Under the pieces are notes generated by a model. That model was not told the DNA's origin. It saw only the letters and a list, made by a program, of their open reading frames with translations, and did no database searches. From Mobula hypostoma (Eukaryota), in NCBI RefSeq assembly GCF_963921235.1, contig NC_086129.1, positions 20,460,001 through 20,524,000 on the forward strand: a stretch of 64,000 bases of DNA, read 5' to 3'. Below, piece after piece: positions 51,003-62,642 of the stretch (positions are counted from its first letter, which is position 1; the number at the start of each line of letters is the position of its first letter). The position numbers and the translations under genes are program-made.

Positions 51003-52015
51003 ATTGAATTGAATTGACTTTATTACTTGCATCCTTCATACACATGAGTAAAAATCTTCATGTTACGTCTCTGTCTAAAGGTGCAATATGCAATTTATCG
51101 TAATTTATAATAAATATTATGTACAACAGGATGGTCAATATAACACAGAAATACAGTTGTGTCAGCATGAATTAATCAGTCTGATGGCCTGATGGAAGAA
51201 GCTGGCCCTGGCTTTTGTGCTGCGGTACTGTTTCCCGGATGTTAGCAGGTGGAACAGTTTGTGGTTGGGGTGACTTCGGTCCCCAATGATACTTTATGCC
51301 CTTTTTTACACACCGGTCTCTGTAAATGTCTTGAATAGTGGGAAGTTCACATCTGCTGATGCGCTGGGCTATCCGCACCACTCTTTTCAGAGTCCTGCGA
51401 TTAAAGGAGGTACAGTTCCCATACCAGGCAGTGATGCAGCCAGTCAGGATGCTCTCAATTGTGCCCTTGTAGAAAGTCCTTAGGATTTGGGGGCCCCTAC
51501 CAAACTTCCTCAACCGTCTGAGGTGAAAGAGGTGCTGTTGTGCCTTTTTCACCACACACCTGGTGTGTACGGACCGCGTGAGGTCCTCAGTGATGTGGAT
51601 GCCGAGGAACTTAAAACTATTTACTCTCTCAACCCCAGATCCATTGATGTCAATAGGGGTGAGCCTGTCTCCATTCCTCCTGTAGTCCACACCAGCTCCT
51701 TTGTTTTTGCGACATTGAGGAAGAGGTTGTTTTCTTGACACCACTGTGTCAGAGTGATGACTTCTCCCCTGTAGGCTGCCTCATTATTACTTGAGATTCG
51801 GCCAATCAGTGTGGTGTCATCAGCAAATTTAATTAGCAGATTGGAGCCATGGGTGGCGACACAGTCATGAGTATACAGAGTGTAAAGGAGGGTGCTTCGT
51901 ACACAGCTCTGAGAGGCACCTGTGTTGAGGGTCAGAGGGGCTAGGTGAGGGAGCCCACTCTTACCACCTGCTGATGATCTGTCAGGAAGTCCAGGATCCA
52001 GCTACACAAGGCAGG
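51003..52015 (-). mobile_element. Rex1/Babar LINE 3' part
   Basis: ORF 51172-51744 VERVNSFKFLGIHI...[13 protein letters not shown]; (TCAAT)n tail. Confidence 0.9.
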
Positions 52016-52019
52016 GTGA

Positions 52020-52425
52020 ATCCCCACCTCCTCTTTGTACCCCATCCCTTATTAATTATTTTTTTTCTTTCCCTTTTTTTCTCTTTTTTTTCTCCCTCTG
52101 TCCCTCTCACTATAACTCCTTGCCCATCCTCTGGGTTCCCCCCCCTTTCTTTCTCCCTAGGCCTCCCGTCCCATGCTCCTCTCCCTTCTCCAGCCTCGTA
52201 TCCCTTTTGCCAATCACCTGTCCAGCTCTTAGCTCCATCCCTCTCCCTCCTGCCTTCTCCTATCATTTCGGACCTCCCCTCCACCTCCCACTTTCAAATC
52301 TCTTACTATCGCTTCCTTCAGTTAGTCCTGACGAAGGGTCTCGGCCTGAAACATTGACTGTGCTTCTTCCTATATATGTTGCCTGGCCTGCTGCGTTCAC
52401 CAGCATTTTGTCTGTGCGTTGTTTG
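52020..52425 (+). mobile_element. PLE 3' terminus with a decayed hammerhead (52323-52360)
   Basis: Similar to 45560-45940. Confidence 0.8.
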
Positions 52426-53044
52426 ATTTTTCATGCTATGAATCATAATATGTGAGGTCCATTGGGCAAAAGCCACAGATTAAACCCTGCTCACTTTACT
52501 CTGGCTGAAGATTCCACTAACTTCCTGTCCCTCCTCAACTTCAAGGTTCCAGCAAAGTCAATATGGAATAATGACCTTGCCACATTCACACTTTCTATCC
52601 TTCTCTCCACTATGCCAATCTGACCTCCTATCTGCCCCACCACGAATGCAGAGCATTCTCCAGTTTATCTGTATCTCCTGCTCTCCTTTGATTATTTACC
52701 TCTTCTCTGGCTTTGTGTTTGGTTGACTCCTTGGATGGGGTGGGAGGTGGGGACGAGTGCAATATATCCAAGTCAAAGCTGTATGACTATGTGGGTTGGG
52801 ACAGGGACACAGGAAAACTTTGAGGGAATATAGTAAAAATAGCTGCAAGCAATGGAAATCTAAAATAAAAAGGTTAAGAAATGAAAAGAGAAGCTAGATA
52901 CAATATCTGTCTTTTCACTTCTTCCCTTTTCCAAGATCCAGAGACCCAAAGAGTTCTTCTAGGTGAAGAGTAATTTCCTTCTACTGATTTGAATCTGGTG
53001 AAACGCATATGGTGTTCACAAAGTGGTCTCTTCTACATTGGAGA

Positions 53045-54790
53045 AAGGAAAGTGTCTTCAGATATTTCAAGAGTGAAGGAGAGGCGAGAGTAGATTGGAC
53101 CACCTGAAAATGATGCTAGAGAGGTAGTAAAGGAGGACAAGGTTATGGTGGACAAACTGAAATTATTTTGTGTTATTCTTCACTGTGGAAGACACAAGTA
53201 GTATGCAAGAAGTTCAAGTGTGTCAGGGGTAGAAGTGTGTGAAGTTACCATTGCTAGGGAGGAAGTGCTTGAGAAACTGAAAAATCTGAAGGTAGATAAG
53301 TCACCTGGACCAGATGGTCTACACCTCAGGGTTCTGAAAAAGGTGGCTGAATAGATTGTGGATGCATTAGTAATAATCTTTCAAGAATCAATTGATTCTG
53401 GCATGGTTCTGGAGGAATGGAAAATTGTAGATCTCACTCCACTCTTCAAGAAGGGAAGGAAGCAGAAGAAAAGAAATTATAGGCTAGTTAGTCTGATCTC
53501 AGTGATTAGGAAGACACTGGAATCGATTGTTGAGGATGTGGTTTCAGGGTACTTGGAGGCACATGATAAAATAGGTCAAAGTCAGCGTGGTTTGCTTAAG
53601 GAAAAGTATTGCCTGACAAACCTGTTGTAATTCTTTGAAGAAATAACAAGCAGGATAAACAAAGGAGAATGGGTGAATGCTGTGTATTTGGATTTTCAGA
53701 AGGCAAGGTGCCACACATGAGGCTGTTTAATAAGTTAAGAGCCTTTCCTTTTTTACAGGAAAGATATAGCATGAATGGAGCATTGACTGATTGGCAGCAG
53801 ACAAAGAGTGGGAATAAAGAGTGCATTTTCTGATTGCCTGCCTCTGACTAGTGATGTTTCACAGGGCTCTGTGTTGGGACTGATTCTTTTTACTCTATAT
53901 GTCAATGATTTGGTGATGGAATTGATGGCTTTGTGGCCAAGTTTGCAGATGACACAAAGTTATGTGGAGGGGCAGGTAGTTTTGAGGAAACAAAACAACT
54001 TAGAACAACTTAGACAAATTAGGAAAATGGACAAAGGAGTGGCAGATGGAATACAGTGTCAGGAAGTGTGTGGTCATGCACTTTGGAAGAAGAAATAAAA
54101 GCAGAGTAAATTTTCTAATTGGAGAGAAAATTCCAAAATCTGAGGTGCAAAGAGACTTGTTAATTTACAGGCTGAGTTGGTGGTGAGGAAGGCAAATGCA
54201 ATGTTAGCGTTCATTTTGAGAGGACTAAACTATAAAAGCAAAAATGCAATATTGAAACTTTATAAAGCACTAGTGAAGCTTCACTTGGAGTATTGCAAGC
54301 AGTTTTGGTCCCTTATCTAAGAAACGAAAGGATGTTCACAAAAAAAAGGCTTGTCATTTGAGGAGAATTTGATGGCTCTGGATCAGAAGAATGAAGGGGG
54401 ATCTCATTGAAACCTATTGGATGTTGAAGGTCTCGATAGAATGGGTGTGGAGAGGATGTTTCCTATGATGGAGGAGTCTAGGACAAGAGAACTCAGACTC
54501 AGAATAGAGGAGCATCCATTTATAAAGAAGATGAGGAAGAATTTCTTTAGCTGGAGAGTGGTGGATCTCTGAAATTCATTGCTACATGCAGCTGTGAAGG
54601 CCAAGTCTTTGAGTATATTTAAGGCAGAGTGATAGGTTCTTGATTTGTCAGAGTATGAAAGGAGATGGGGAGAAGGCAAGAGATTGGGGTTAAGAGGGAA
54701 ATGGATCAGCCATGAGGAAATGGTGATGCAGACTCGATGGGCCACATGGCCTAATTCTACTCCTATATCTTATAGTCTTATGATCTTATG
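53045..54790 (+). mobile_element. Degraded CR1 LINE (RT)
   Basis: DALVIIFQESIDSG...PLFKKG...NYRLVSL, QGSVLG and aagtttgcagatgac; CR1 tail cttatagtcttatgatcttatg. Confidence 0.9.
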
Positions 54791-55119
54791 GAAATTTAGA
54801 TTGGTTGACTACTTTGTGCAGCACCTGTGTTCAGTCTGCAGGGGCAACAGGGAGCTGCTTATAGCTTGCAACTTTAATTCTCCATCTTACTCTTTCTCTG
54901 AGCTATCTGTCTATGGCCTCCTTCACTATTGCAATAAAGCTGAATGGCACCTCTGAACTTTCTTCTGAATTCTACAGGGAACTTGCTTTCTCTGCATCAG
55001 AACATACTGTTTCTGTTCTAGATCACCCATCTGTAATTCCAGCTCCATTGCACAGCCAGACCTCCTGGGAATCTACCAAAGCTCTTCGTTTATCAGCTTT
55101 TGCCTCCCTTTCTTCAAGT

Positions 55120-55270
55120 TTGTTTTCTCTCTCTATCTCTCCTTTCCTCTTATGTCTGTCTCCCTCTCTTTCACTCTCGCTATCTCTCGCTCTTTCATTC
55201 TCTCTCCCTTTTCTCCATTTTTTCTCTCTCTTTTCTCTCCCTCTTCCTCTCTCTCTCCCTCTCTCTCTTA
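55120..55270. repeat. (CT)-rich low-complexity tract
   Basis: Directly visible. Confidence 0.85.
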
Positions 55271-56159
55271 ATGGCCACCTTCCCATCTTTTTTCTTTAAT
55301 ACCCATATGAATCTATCAACTGAATGAATCCAGCTACTGCAATACTACCTCATTCGACCATATTCTTCAATTTTGTTTCTTGTCTTCTCCCATCCCTTAA
55401 GAAACTTTCTTCCCTTTTCCAGTTTAGGGAAAGGATCTTTGATATAAAATATTAAATCTCCATCCACAGATGCAGAGTATTTCCAGCATTTTATATTTTT
55501 ACCTTAAGAGGATAGATGGGTCGAGTGAATGGGTAAGGATTAACAAATGGGACATCATGCAGAAAAATAAGGATTCATCCGCTCTGGTGGAAAAATAGAA
55601 AAACGGAGTTCTTTTGAAGTGATTGAAAGATTTGGTGTTCAGTGGACCTGGTGTCCTTGTTCACAAATCATTGAATGTTAACATGCGGATGAGGTAAGCA
55701 ATTAGGAAGACAGATTCTAAGAGAATTTGAGTACAATGTAAAAGCATCTTGCTACAATTATGTTATATTTATGACTGTCTGGGCTCATTCCCGACCGCCA
55801 GTGTTGTCTGTGTGTTGTTTTCACATTCTTCTCTGACTATGGGGGTTTCCCAGTGCTCTGGTTTGCTTCCACATGCAAACAATGTCTGGGTTGACAGGTT
55901 AATTGATCACTGTTGATACCTCTATCGCAGATAGGTGCCAGAGGGATCAGTAAGGAGATGAGTGCAGTTAAGTGCTTGATGGTCCGTGCAGATGCGATGA
56001 GCAGAAGATCCTGTTTCCACAATGGACTACCCCATTATGCTGGTCTCCCTACCTGAGTAAGTATTAAACTTGTAATAGAGTGAGTGCAACAAAGCCTCGC
56101 GGGATGGAGGGCTTACCATATGAGGGGAAGTGAAGCAAGCTCTGCCTTTATCATTAAGC

Positions 56160-59100
56160 CAGTGATTCCCAACAGGGGTGGTATGTGTCCTAAGGGGGTG
56201 TTAGGGGAAATAGAAGTTGTCGGGGGTGGGGGGATAGTAGGCGGCACCCTAACTTGAGGCACGACACCTGACCGACCATTAGTAAAGCAGGCACTTCCAA
56301 AAAAAAAAGGATGAGGCACTAGAACAAAGGAAGAGCCATAGCTTCGCAGGCGGTGAGCACTCGGAGTCACAATACATCTGAAACTCGGCAATCTCATCCA
56401 ACCTTATCAACCAAACAGACAAAATTTGGGGTGCATAAGTTAGCAACCAGGGTGCCCAGCAGTTCACCTTGACTCGTGGCATGGAATGGGTTCATGCAAT
56501 TTAACAGTTGGTAAGCCAAGTACACCCTCTTAACTTTCTCTACAGATCTATGGAAAACAGGTCACACAACAATACAGCACTGGCTGGAACCAAACGGTGA
56601 AATAGAGCCAATAGGTGAATATGCCAACCCCATGGATGTCATGGTCTGGTCCGTGATGTCCGCATTCCGGTTCATGGTCCGGTCCGTGGACTCAGGACTC
56701 TGGGTCTTCCTGCTGTCCTTTGTTTGTTTGAGTTAATCATAAGCACCTGATTCCCATCTTTGGGCTTGGAATATAAGTAGCCTTGGGGTTGAATATGGGT
56801 CGCTGGTTTGTCTCGTCAGTCCCCCTTGGAGCAACCTGCTGATGGAAGGCTAGTGAAACCATGCGTGATCTCTATGCCTGGCTGGAGGACCACTGCTTCA
56901 TGGACCCTTGTTACCACTCGTCAGAGTAGTCATTGTGGTATGGATTCAGCCGTTTCTGTAGTCAGCCAAGGTTGCTGGCTGCCCCGAGACTCAGAGCCAC
57001 CCTGGATTGAGCTCCTTTCCTGTCCCTTGCCTCTGTCGGGTAAGCCAGGTGGATTGCCGTTACCCTGCGGTTGGTTCTGTCCCTTCCTGTCCTTTGCCTC
57101 CGTCGAGTAAGCAGGCCATTTGATGTTACCCTGCGGTTGGGTCCGTCCCTCCCTGTCCTTGCCTCCATGGGGTGAAGTTCCACATCCTGCCCAGGAGAAG
57201 CTCCAAGAACCCAAGCCTCGAAGATCCCAAGCCTCAAGCCTCAAGAGCAAAGACCTCAGCCTATCTCCAGGCTCAGGCCTCTGGACCCCAGCCATGTCCT
57301 GTCCTGAAGCCATGTTATGTCCCTGCCTGGTTCTGGGGTCCGAGCCCGAGGTAAGACCCTGGTTCTGGGTCCTTGTCCAGTCTCAGGCTTTGAGTCGAAG
57401 CATTGTCTCCTAGTCCATGGTTTCTAGTCCTGATCCCGCTTTCCCTAACAGACTCGATGGGCCGAATGGCCGACTTCTGCTCCTTTGTCTTATGGTCTAA
57501 GTCTGCGTTCTTGTCCCTGCTCTTTGTCTGTATCCTGTCACGTCCCTACTCTAGTCAAGTCCTGTTCCTTATACTTCAGTGTCTGTGTCTTGCATTTGGG
57601 TCTGTTCCCAGCACCTCATCGTGACAATGGATTCCTCTTGAGATGTTCAAAGCAGCCTCAGCTTCATGCATGTGGCTAAGAACCATCTTTGGGGATTATG
57701 AGACCTTGTGTGATTGGTCAATTGGGCTAACTGGAATAATATAAAGGTAGCTTGCCGAACACCAGCTTTATCCTGACTAACATTCAGATTCTAATCTGAA
57801 TCCTTGTCAGTGTAATTTTCACTGTTATGGTTGCCTTTATCTTTGTTTCACCTTTATTTTTGTGTTAATACCATCATTCCACCCATGTCAACTTGCTGCT
57901 GTTGTCAACATCCTACAAGCGTTCCCAGTTTGTGTTAATTTTTAATTTTAATTTAGCCCTGTTAGTGATGGATAAATATGTATGGTGCGATTTCTATGAG
58001 TCTGAAGGTGGTGAAGCCTTGAATTCTAATCCTGCTGAGAAACAGAAACTACAGAAAGTGCGTCAATGCCATGTTATATGCCTGGAGTATGGTTTTATTC
58101 CATTCCTGTCAGATCAGCGACACCACATGTGTCTTATTTGTAATACTGTACTGTATAATGAAGCCACGAAACCATCAAGATTGCAGGAGCACTTCTATAA
58201 AAGACTCCCTGAAAAGGCTACTTATGGTATTACTCAGTTCCAGAAGATAAAAGAAGCATTTGAAAAGCATTGCACACTCAAGTCATTTGCTGAGAAAGCT
58301 AAAAATGACCTTAATAGTGGTCTCATTGCTTCTTATAACATTTCCAAAATGATAGCAAAGTGTGGAAAATCTCATACAATTGGTGAAAGGTTAATGATGC
58401 CTGCTGTATCAGAAGTGCTCACCACTGTTCTCAAAATAGATACCAATATTTTAAAATCAATTCCCCTGAGTAATAACTCTGTAGCTCATCATATTGACAA
58501 AATGAGTGAAGACATTGAGTACCAACTATGCACAGAGCTACAAAAAACAAATTTGAGATACAACTAAAATCTGAGTCAACTGTGTGAGACAACAAGGCAT
58601 TGTTAATGGCATATGTATGGTTTATCAAAAATGACGAAGTTTATGAGGAGATTCTCTTTTGTAAAAAGCTGAAAACAAATATCAATGGAGAATCTATCTA
58701 CAATGAGCTCAAAATATATATTGAGGATAAAAGTATTCCAATTAGGAACATGATTTCTTGTGCAACAGATGGAACACCATATATGACAGGTCACCATGCT
58801 GGTTTAGTGGCATTTATGAAAAAAGAAATTCCAAGTCTGTTTGCAATCCATTGTGTAATTCATCGTCAATATCTCGCAGCCAAAAATCTCAGCCAGCAAC
58901 TTCTTTCAAGCATGACTTGTAATATCTGCTATCAACAAAATTAAAGCTCATGCATTTAAAGAGCAGAATATTTCACCAATTGTGCCAAGATAATGAAGAG
59001 TTTGAATGATTGCTTCTTCACAATGAAGTGCATTGGCTGTCAAAAGGCTGCTGCTTAAAATGTTTCTTTGATCTTTTTGACACTGTGGTTGAATTTTTGC

Positions 59101-59250
59101 TCAAAGTCGACAAGAGCTTGGGAAACAAGATTGAACTTTTACATGGAGATGTGGCATACCTAGCTGATCTGTATGACAAAATGAACATTTGAAATATGTA
59201 ACTGCAAGGTGAGAATTTCAACTTAATCCAGGCAAGAAGTGCAGTGGAAT
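56160..59250 (+). mobile_element. hAT Charlie/Buster DNA transposon (disrupted transposase), interrupted by a solo LTR and cut off by a Gypsy element
   Basis: 5' TIR cagtgattcccaac preceded by cattaagc; ORFs 57893-59192: CLICNTVLYNEATKPSRLQEH, KSHTIGERL, IPLSNNSV, TDGTPYMTG, IHCVIHRQ and EVHWLSKG. Confidence 0.88.
56637..57626 (+). mobile_element. Solo LTR (990 bp)
   Basis: TGTCA...TGACA termini; perfect 5-bp TSD atgga at 56632-56636 and 57627-57631. Confidence 0.92.
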
Positions 59251-61185
59251 GTTGATCAACGGGAATCCAAGAGTGCTGTATGTCACGATGGGAAGTAGGA
59301 ATAGATGAAAAAAAAATGAAAAGAGGTGGGTGGAATGCTGTTGAGAGGCTGACCAGGTGGTTGTGGCTTCAGGAATAAAGTCACCTGGCATTTGTAATAG
59401 CTGCCCATATACCAGCTCTGCCATGGACAACTGGAGGTCATCTTTAGGAGCAGTTCTGAGGCCCAGCAGGACTCGTGGGAGATGATCATGCCAACACTCA
59501 TCAGTCAGGGAAGCCCTCAGAGCACACAGGCACCTGATGGTAGCCCCTAATAAGATCAACTTTGGAAAAAGATGAATTTTCCATCAAAACATGCCGAAAA
59601 GTCTTGGATGTGTGGGTCTGGGTAATGATCAGGTGTTGTGGCCTCGTTAAGACATCGGTAATCACCACATGGACGGCAACCACCATCGGATTGGGGGGCT
59701 ATTCGACTATCGTATAATACCAAGTCTCTCCATGTTGGTAAACAGCCTTGCGATTGCCAGCTTTTCTGGGTCCAGTCTACACACGCGGGCATGGACTGGT
59801 GGGCAAGTTGTGAAAATATGGTGTTCAAGCCCATGTTTTGTGATTTTTAGTGGAGAATGTGGGCTTGATGAGCTTTGGAAATTCAGCAAGCAGTCGAGTA
59901 AAGTCACTTGTGCTTGATAGAGTTGTTGCGGGGAACTTACTTGGGGGGGGGGAGGGTAATGACCCAAAGTCCTTGACATCCACAAGGCAGTAGTTCTTAA
60001 AATTGGTTTCCACACCTTGGGCACAAAGAAATCTGCATTGAGCAGAGGTCTAGCCACTTTAGCTAGGAACATTGCCCTCTGAACCTGCTGTGTCTCAAAA
60101 GTCTGGATCCTGCTGCTATTGGTGGTCTCCAGTGAGAATTCATCACTCTTTCCTTATGATCAATAGGCAGTGCTGGCAGGACACTTCAGCACTGGTGTCA
60201 CACAGGAAGCATCACCCTGAAAGGGTGTCTGTAATGACTAGTAGATGATCCTAGCAACTGAAACCCATGGTGTTCACAGACCTCTGATGTCCCGATGCGC
60301 TGGCACTGTTGAAACTGCAAGGCGGTCGGCACTTCCTAGTGTTCATACCAAAGCGAGCACAGTAAAAACACAGGCCTGGTGTCGCCTGTTTCTTAGCCTT
60401 GGGTATCCTTACGTTGAGGGCCTTTTTGACTGGGCTTATTGAGATAGAGAAACGAGGAGGAATTATTCACCATTGCCTAGCTGAGTGTAGACTATCAGCC
60501 ATCTTAGCAAGCTCCCTATAATCCTTCAGGGGTGCATTAGCGAGGGCTATGCAAACTTCATCAGGCATTTGCTACATGAAGAGATCTTTAAAAATAAAAC
60601 AGGGTTGGTGATTTCCTAGCATGTGGTCCATTAGCTCCAAAGACTTAGCATGGCTGAGGCCCAGGCAGGAGAGCAACTGTTTGGTGTTCTCAGAAGCGGA
60701 AAGTTTAAAAGTCTGTAAAAGGCGAGTTTTCAGCGATCAGTATTTATCATGTTCAGGCAGGTGTTCTAGTAAACTCACCACTCTCACAGCCTTAGAGTTG
60801 CTGAGCAATACTACCACATAGAAATCTTTGGTGTTGTCAGCAGAGATTTCTCACAGAGCAAGTTGGACCTCAGCATGTACAAACCAAATGATGGCATTTT
60901 GCTCCCAAACTCCGGCAGCTGCATTGGCTGACAAGTTCAATAACTCTGGAATCATCCTAGAGCATCAGGATCACCAATGAAGGTTTTTGCAAATGAAAAC
61001 AGCATGAGGCGTTTTATGTTTAAGAAGAACCATAACAACTCATTTATTGCACTCCAACACTGAACACAAAGTGGGGTAAAAACCTAATGTAATTATGTAA
61101 CCATGTCAGACCAGCCTCTTAAACTGAAATCCAAACTCAATGTCGGTGGTTGTGAATTATTTACATTTCACCCAATTACACTACC
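59250..61185 (-). mobile_element. Gypsy LTR retrotransposon, internally deleted (LTR about 60978-61185, PBS, gag, protease, RT N-terminus fused to integrase C-terminus)
   Basis: PBS-like ttggtgatcctga; LPEF-WEQNA gag; FLCDTSAEVS protease; RPCGDYRCLNEAT and FSKVDLIRGYHQVP RT; WHDHLPRVLLGLRTAPK...AELVYG integrase. Confidence 0.88.
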
Positions 61186-61233
61186 CGACAAATGCATTAA
61201 TACATAAACACTCATATGAAATTTGTGGAAATT

Positions 61234-61650
61234 CGTTGTGGCTATCCCTCGAGGTCGAGGATGATGGTCTTCGTTCTGAAGAAGTGGCCCACAGAGCAAA
61301 GACGCCTGTGCGTGTATTTGTTTAACGTGTACTTGATGTTGCACTCCAAGAAACACATGCTACTTCACAAATCAACCAACTGATTCTAATGGCATGGAAA
61401 CCACAACGATTGGAGCTGATGGATTTGTTGCAGCCTTCATCCGCCTTCACAGCCGTTGAGTTCGAAGTAACTTCGTCCACCTGTTCCACCGTTGAGGTCT
61501 TGGTTGGATTGTCTTTTGTCAGGGACCTCACCCTCGACCTTACCGCCATGGGTGACCCTACCAGGTGCATAGCTCCAGGCGGCATTGCTCTCGGGATCAC
61601 AGGACCACACAAGCTTCTCCACCACGACAAGGTGACAATCCACGGAGAAG
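61234..61650 (-). mobile_element. Non-autonomous bipartite RTE-derived element (RTE 5' module plus 3' tail)
   Basis: 5' gtcaccttgtcgtggtggagaagcttg...ggtagggtcacccatggcggtaaggtc resembles RTE/Expander 5' UTRs; TSD tggaaatt at 61226-61233 and 61651-61658. Confidence 0.8.
61506..61650 (-). ncRNA. HDV-like nested double-pseudoknot ribozyme candidate
   Basis: P1 CUUCUCC/GGAGAAG, P2 GGAUUGUC/GACAAUCC, P3 ACC/GGU, L3 UUGUCGU and J4/2 CAAAA, all in canonical order. Confidence 0.7.
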
Positions 61651-62527
61651 TGGAAATTATGTTTACCTTGGTGGGTGTCTAGAAATGACAGCCAAGTTAT
61701 CAAAATAAAGGGTCCATCACTCAGAACAATGGTAAGAAGAAATTTTTAGCGCAAGTATACTGATCTCTTGGAATCTTTTACCTAATAGAGCTGTAGTTCG
61801 GTCACTAATTTTTTTAATTGAGACATTGTCTGAGAATGTCATGATTTTTTGGCTAATAAGGAAAATGCACAGATATGGGATTGAGATAGAAGTGTGGTGA
61901 TGAGGCAAAAAGCCATCCATGATATTGTTTGTGAGGAGATTGCATGTTCTCCCCTCAACCTTGTGACATTCGTCTGAGTGTTGCAGTTTCCTCCCACATT
62001 CCAAAGACATATGGTTAGAGTTAATAAGTTGTGGCACCAGAAACTTGACAACACTTGCAAGTTGCCCAGCCCAATTCTTATTGATTTGATTTGATACAAA
62101 CAATGCATTTCACAGTATGTTTCAATGTACATGTGACAAATAAAGCTAATTTTTAAAATCTGCTCTAACACTTTGGGGATTCAGTGCAGATTCCATGGAG
62201 GTACCTGCAGGGACTAGAACAAGCAGCTGGAATCTGACCCAAATGTTGGTTGGGGAGGGAATTATCCCCACCCATTTTCCTGAGCTCAAAATATCCACTT
62301 CAAGATCCCTAGCAAGCAATTGACCTGCTGGGCCAAATGATACCAATCACCCACAGGACAATGTTCTTTTTGCACTGAAGTTTAATGAATTTAATTATAG
62401 ATTGTACTGTCAAGTAGCAAGTGGTTTTGCCTAGAAACTGGAATTCTAATTTTCTGTGTTAGACATGTGACCACTGAAACATCTCAAAAAGTTACAAAAT
62501 TGGGCAAAAACATGCTAAAAGCAATGG

Positions 62528-62628
62528 AAGCAAAACACATAAAAAATGCTGGTGAACGCAGCAGGCCAGGTAACATCTATAGGAAGAGGTACAGTCAACG
62601 TTTCGGGTCGAGACCCTTCGTCAGGACT
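62528..62628 (-). mobile_element. 101-bp PLE-terminus mini-insertion with an intact hammerhead (62593-62628)
   Basis: 13-bp TSD ctaaaagcaatgg at 62515-62527 and 62629-62641; AGUC-CUGACGA-A-GGGU-CUCG-ACCC-GAAA-CG-UU-GACU. Confidence 0.9.
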
Positions 62629-62642
62629 CTAAAAGCAATGGG

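Noticed and set aside
54913-55327. Hydrophobic or charged low-complexity ORFs
   Set aside because: Translation artefacts of the CT-rich tract
57893-59192. SCAND3/ZBED8/FAM200-like host gene
   Set aside because: Fragmented ORFs, an upstream TIR and truncation by a Gypsy element
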